From a virus (taxonomy: Duplodnaviria > Caudoviricetes): 59,678 bases of DNA. Shown here piece by piece: positions 57,173 to 59,678 of the stretch (the first letter of the stretch is position 1; each line of letters opens with the position of its first letter). The stretch covers positions 1-59,678 of the IMG/VR virus record IMGVR_UViG_3300018080_000199; one strand, written 5' to 3'. A program made the position numbers and the translations under genes. The notes under the pieces were generated by a model. The model was not told the origin of the DNA and made no database searches. It worked only from the letters and a program-made list of their open reading frames with translations.

Positions 57173-58968
57173 TACTTAGCCTCCCCACGGGTCTTATCTT
57201 TGACATCTACATCTTGATCTTTAATTTTCTGAGATTCGGTTTTCTCATCTTTAGCTGAGTTATTAGGATCAGCGTCAAGATCAGGTACACCACGTGCTGC
57301 TGCACGAGTCTGAGCGGCTACAATACGTGCTGCACGTTTGGAGTGTTCAACTTCCGCCTTCTCCACTTCACCTTCCGGATAGCCCTTGGCTTTGGATGCT
57401 GTCTCCGCAGAAAGAAGTCCTTGCTCAATATCTTTGGCAAGGGTATCAGAGTCAGTGATAGGAATGATTGAGTTATTAATCTCTTCCTCAATCTTCCTCA
57501 TCTCTGCGCCAGGAATTTTATCAGATAGAAGTGTATTCGCAATTTGCTTTGAAACTTCCTTCTGATATGTGATACTAGGAACATCGGATCTGAGTTTTGA
57601 GAGCTTCTCAGATTCCTCAAGACGCTGATTATCGGATTTAATAGTGTAATGAGTTGGATAAAGTATTTTGGCCTTTTTATTGGAGTTTTCATACATAGCC
57701 CAATATTCAGCTATACGAGTCTCACCATGCTGGAGTTCTTGTCCAACATAGGAAAGGCCAGCCTCAAGAGATTGCTCATCCATCGCACGAGACTCTGCTG
57801 AAATCTGTTTTCGTGGAACCAGATTAGAGAGCGCAAGATTAATAAGTAGCTTAATATCTTTTTTGATTTGTTCCTGCTTCTCCATACTTACCCGAAGTGG
57901 TTCCGGAGAAGGATGAATATATGCAGGAGGTTCAGTACCAATAGGATATCGACGCCCACGTGTAGCGCCAGTAACAATTTCTTGAGGTTTTGATATATTT
58001 GCAGCGGCTTGAGTACCAGGACGATCAAGAGCATCAAAATCATTGTCACTAGGATTGATAGGACGATCTTTCGCCCCGGCATAATTCTGACGAATATGGC
58101 CCGAGATTCTTCGGGGATCATACTGTTCCACATAAAAAGGGAAATTACTCTTGAAAGAGTAGTTCATATCAGCGGAGCAAAGATTGAGAAGAGCCACTTG
58201 ATAATCTGCTACATCCGTTAAAAGACTCTGAGATAATTCTAAAACTACAAACGGAATTCGAGTAATATCTAAAATTACAGGTTCCTTAGCTTCTTTACCC
58301 TGATCATCATAAGTCTGGACTCTAACCTTACCCTCTACACGATCAAAATACTTATATTGTGTTTTGATTCCCTTAGGAAGATTAGTAACCTCGTCATATT
58401 CATATATAAATTCTCGAAGAAGAAGTGCTCTAAGTTCTTCAGGATTATTATCTATATCATACGCCCAATTCCGAATATCCTGAGCAGAATATGTATAGAT
58501 ATATGGGTTCTTTCCCATTTGTTCAACCTGGGTATTTCCAAGTTCCCGTGGCATATCAATAAAGACCCCTACTTTCCCGTTTGTGAGAAGTTGAGGCAAT
58601 ACAAGAGAACCAATAAAATTATTCATGGTACGGGAATGTCTATCAACACCTTTATCTTCACCTTTGATAGCATTCATATAGCTAGGTGTACCATCTCGAC
58701 GCACAATATCAATCATACGTTGGAAGATGGCATTTACAATCTCGTTGATAGAACTTTTAGCAAATGCTGGTACGTATGAGATTTTACGGCGATTATTAAA
58801 ATCCCATTCATCCTCACGTTCTGAGAATTTTTCAAGATACTCTTCCATAAAAGCGTAGCCGCCTTCATAAGTAAGAGTATATTTGTCCCATAAACCCACC
58901 ATCACATCATATTGTGGGTGGGTTAATTCTGTGATGGATTCTTCACCGTACCAATATCGTGATCTCAT
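57172..58968 (-). CDS. portal protein
   Basis: YEGG...YLEKFSERE...FNNR, GKVGVFIDMP, PYIYTYSAQDIRNW, IPFV; follows the terminase. Confidence 0.88.
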   Translation of the reverse strand: MRSRYWYGEESITELTHPQYDVMVGLWDKYTLTYEGGYAFMEEYLEKFSEREDEWDFNNRRKISYVPAFAKSSINEIVNAIFQRMIDIVRRDGTPSYMNAIKGEDKGVDRHSRTMNNFIGSLVLPQLLTNGKVGVFIDMPRELGNTQVEQMGKNPYIYTYSAQDIRNWAYDIDNNPEELRALLLREFIYEYDEVTNLPKGIKTQYKYFDRVEGKVRVQTYDDQGKEAKEPVILDITRIPFVVLELSQSLLTDVADYQVALLNLCSADMNYSFKSNFPFYVEQYDPRRISGHIRQNYAGAKDRPINPSDNDFDALDRPGTQAAANISKPQEIVTGATRGRRYPIGTEPPAYIHPSPEPLRVSMEKQEQIKKDIKLLINLALSNLVPRKQISAESRAMDEQSLEAGLSYVGQELQHGETRIAEYWAMYENSNKKAKILYPTHYTIKSDNQRLEESEKLSKLRSDVPSITYQKEVSKQIANTLLSDKIPGAEMRKIEEEINNSIIPITDSDTLAKDIEQGLLSAETASKAKGYPEGEVEKAEVEHSKRAARIVAAQTRAAARGVPDLDADPNNSAKDEKTESQKIKDQDVDVKDKTRGEAK

Positions 58969-59678
58969 ATCTTCTCCGTAATATCTTGACTATCACCCAT
59001 GGCCGCGGCAAAGTTTAGTGCAAGTTCATTATATACTCGCGTATGTGCATAATGGTCCGCGTCTGACCCTTCCACATAAACTGCTACTGGGTTTCCGTTT
59101 TTATCCTTCTTATATATTCTCACTGGTGCTTTAATATGATTCTTATATTCTAGATCTAGGTCGCATGGTAAACTTATTGTCTTGTTCCTAAAACGCGAAA
59201 GCGCAACATCTAGCCAACTTGTTCTATCGACCGTGATTGTATGCTCTTCCTCTTGATGGACCGCAATTTGTTTCCCTTGTATACCATGACCATAAAAACA
59301 GGTTTTCACAAATCCATTAAACTTTTCCGCGAACTCAAAACTTTTTCGTCTTTCTGGTTGAGCATCAATAACCGCATATTGTATTCTATAATCACGAAAA
59401 AGATTGTCAAGCTCCTCAAAATTCAATAATTTACCAAATTTTAATACACGACATTGGGCTTCCATATTGAGATCATTCGTAAGTATTTCGCCTGGGAATC
59501 GCCACTCACAGATCTCATAATGAAGCCAAGTACCCACGTCCACACCCATTGTGACAAGAGCGGGGGTTGTAGGTACATATCCATTTTTATGTTCTTGGAT
59601 ACATTGCTCAATATCCGGGTCCGTAACTCTTGCGCCAGCGACCACATGCGGGAGACCCAGTTTACTGTTATAGAATTC
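58965..59678 (-). CDS. terL: terminase large subunit, C-terminal nuclease part (5' end outside the window)
   Basis: Frame open to the window edge: EFYNSKLGLP, MGVDVG, VIDAQP, DHYAH (lambda GpA-like). Confidence 0.88.
   Translation of the reverse strand, partial: EFYNSKLGLPHVVAGARVTDPDIEQCIQEHKNGYVPTTPALVTMGVDVGTWLHYEICEWRFPGEILTNDLNMEAQCRVLKFGKLLNFEELDNLFRDYRIQYAVIDAQPERRKSFEFAEKFNGFVKTCFYGHGIQGKQIAVHQEEEHTITVDRTSWLDVALSRFRNKTISLPCDLDLEYKNHIKAPVRIYKKDKNGNPVAVYVEGSDADHYAHTRVYNELALNFAAAMGDSQDITEKI

Noticed and set aside
1-59678. Alternative genetic code
   Set aside because: Long genes are intact under the standard code, and TAA, TAG and TGA all end genes.

Overview
This window is a large part of an AT-rich tailed-phage (siphovirus-like) genome with no host housekeeping genes. 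Almost all genes are on the - strand, except a + strand block at about 22848-29622. From right to left it carries: a truncated terminase, portal, scaffold, capsid, head-tail and tail genes (with a -1 frameshifted chaperone), tape measure and fibre genes; holin/spanin-like genes; a glycosyltransferase/radical-SAM cluster; a primase-helicase/exonuclease block; two ParB-like genes, an SNF2 helicase and PolA; a sigma factor, early accessory genes, DNA ligase and tRNA-Leu(TAA). Three unexplained patterns stand out. (1) Six virion-assembly proteins (portal, scaffold, capsid, tail tube, tape measure, one fibre) share an N-terminal leader ending in [RK]-x-R-x-W-[YF]-G, while a paralogous fibre lacks it. 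This suggests a shared processing or targeting system, and a phage C39-like peptidase is one candidate enzyme. (2) A 15-bp palindrome, TRATTT-NNN-AAATYA, occurs at least 34 times by manual count, inside genes and just upstream of ribosome-binding sites. It may be bound by a ParB/KorB-like protein. (3) A roughly 350-nt highly base-paired non-coding RNA candidate ending in a terminator lies at about 20200-20560. All calls come from reading motifs by eye; no database searches were run.
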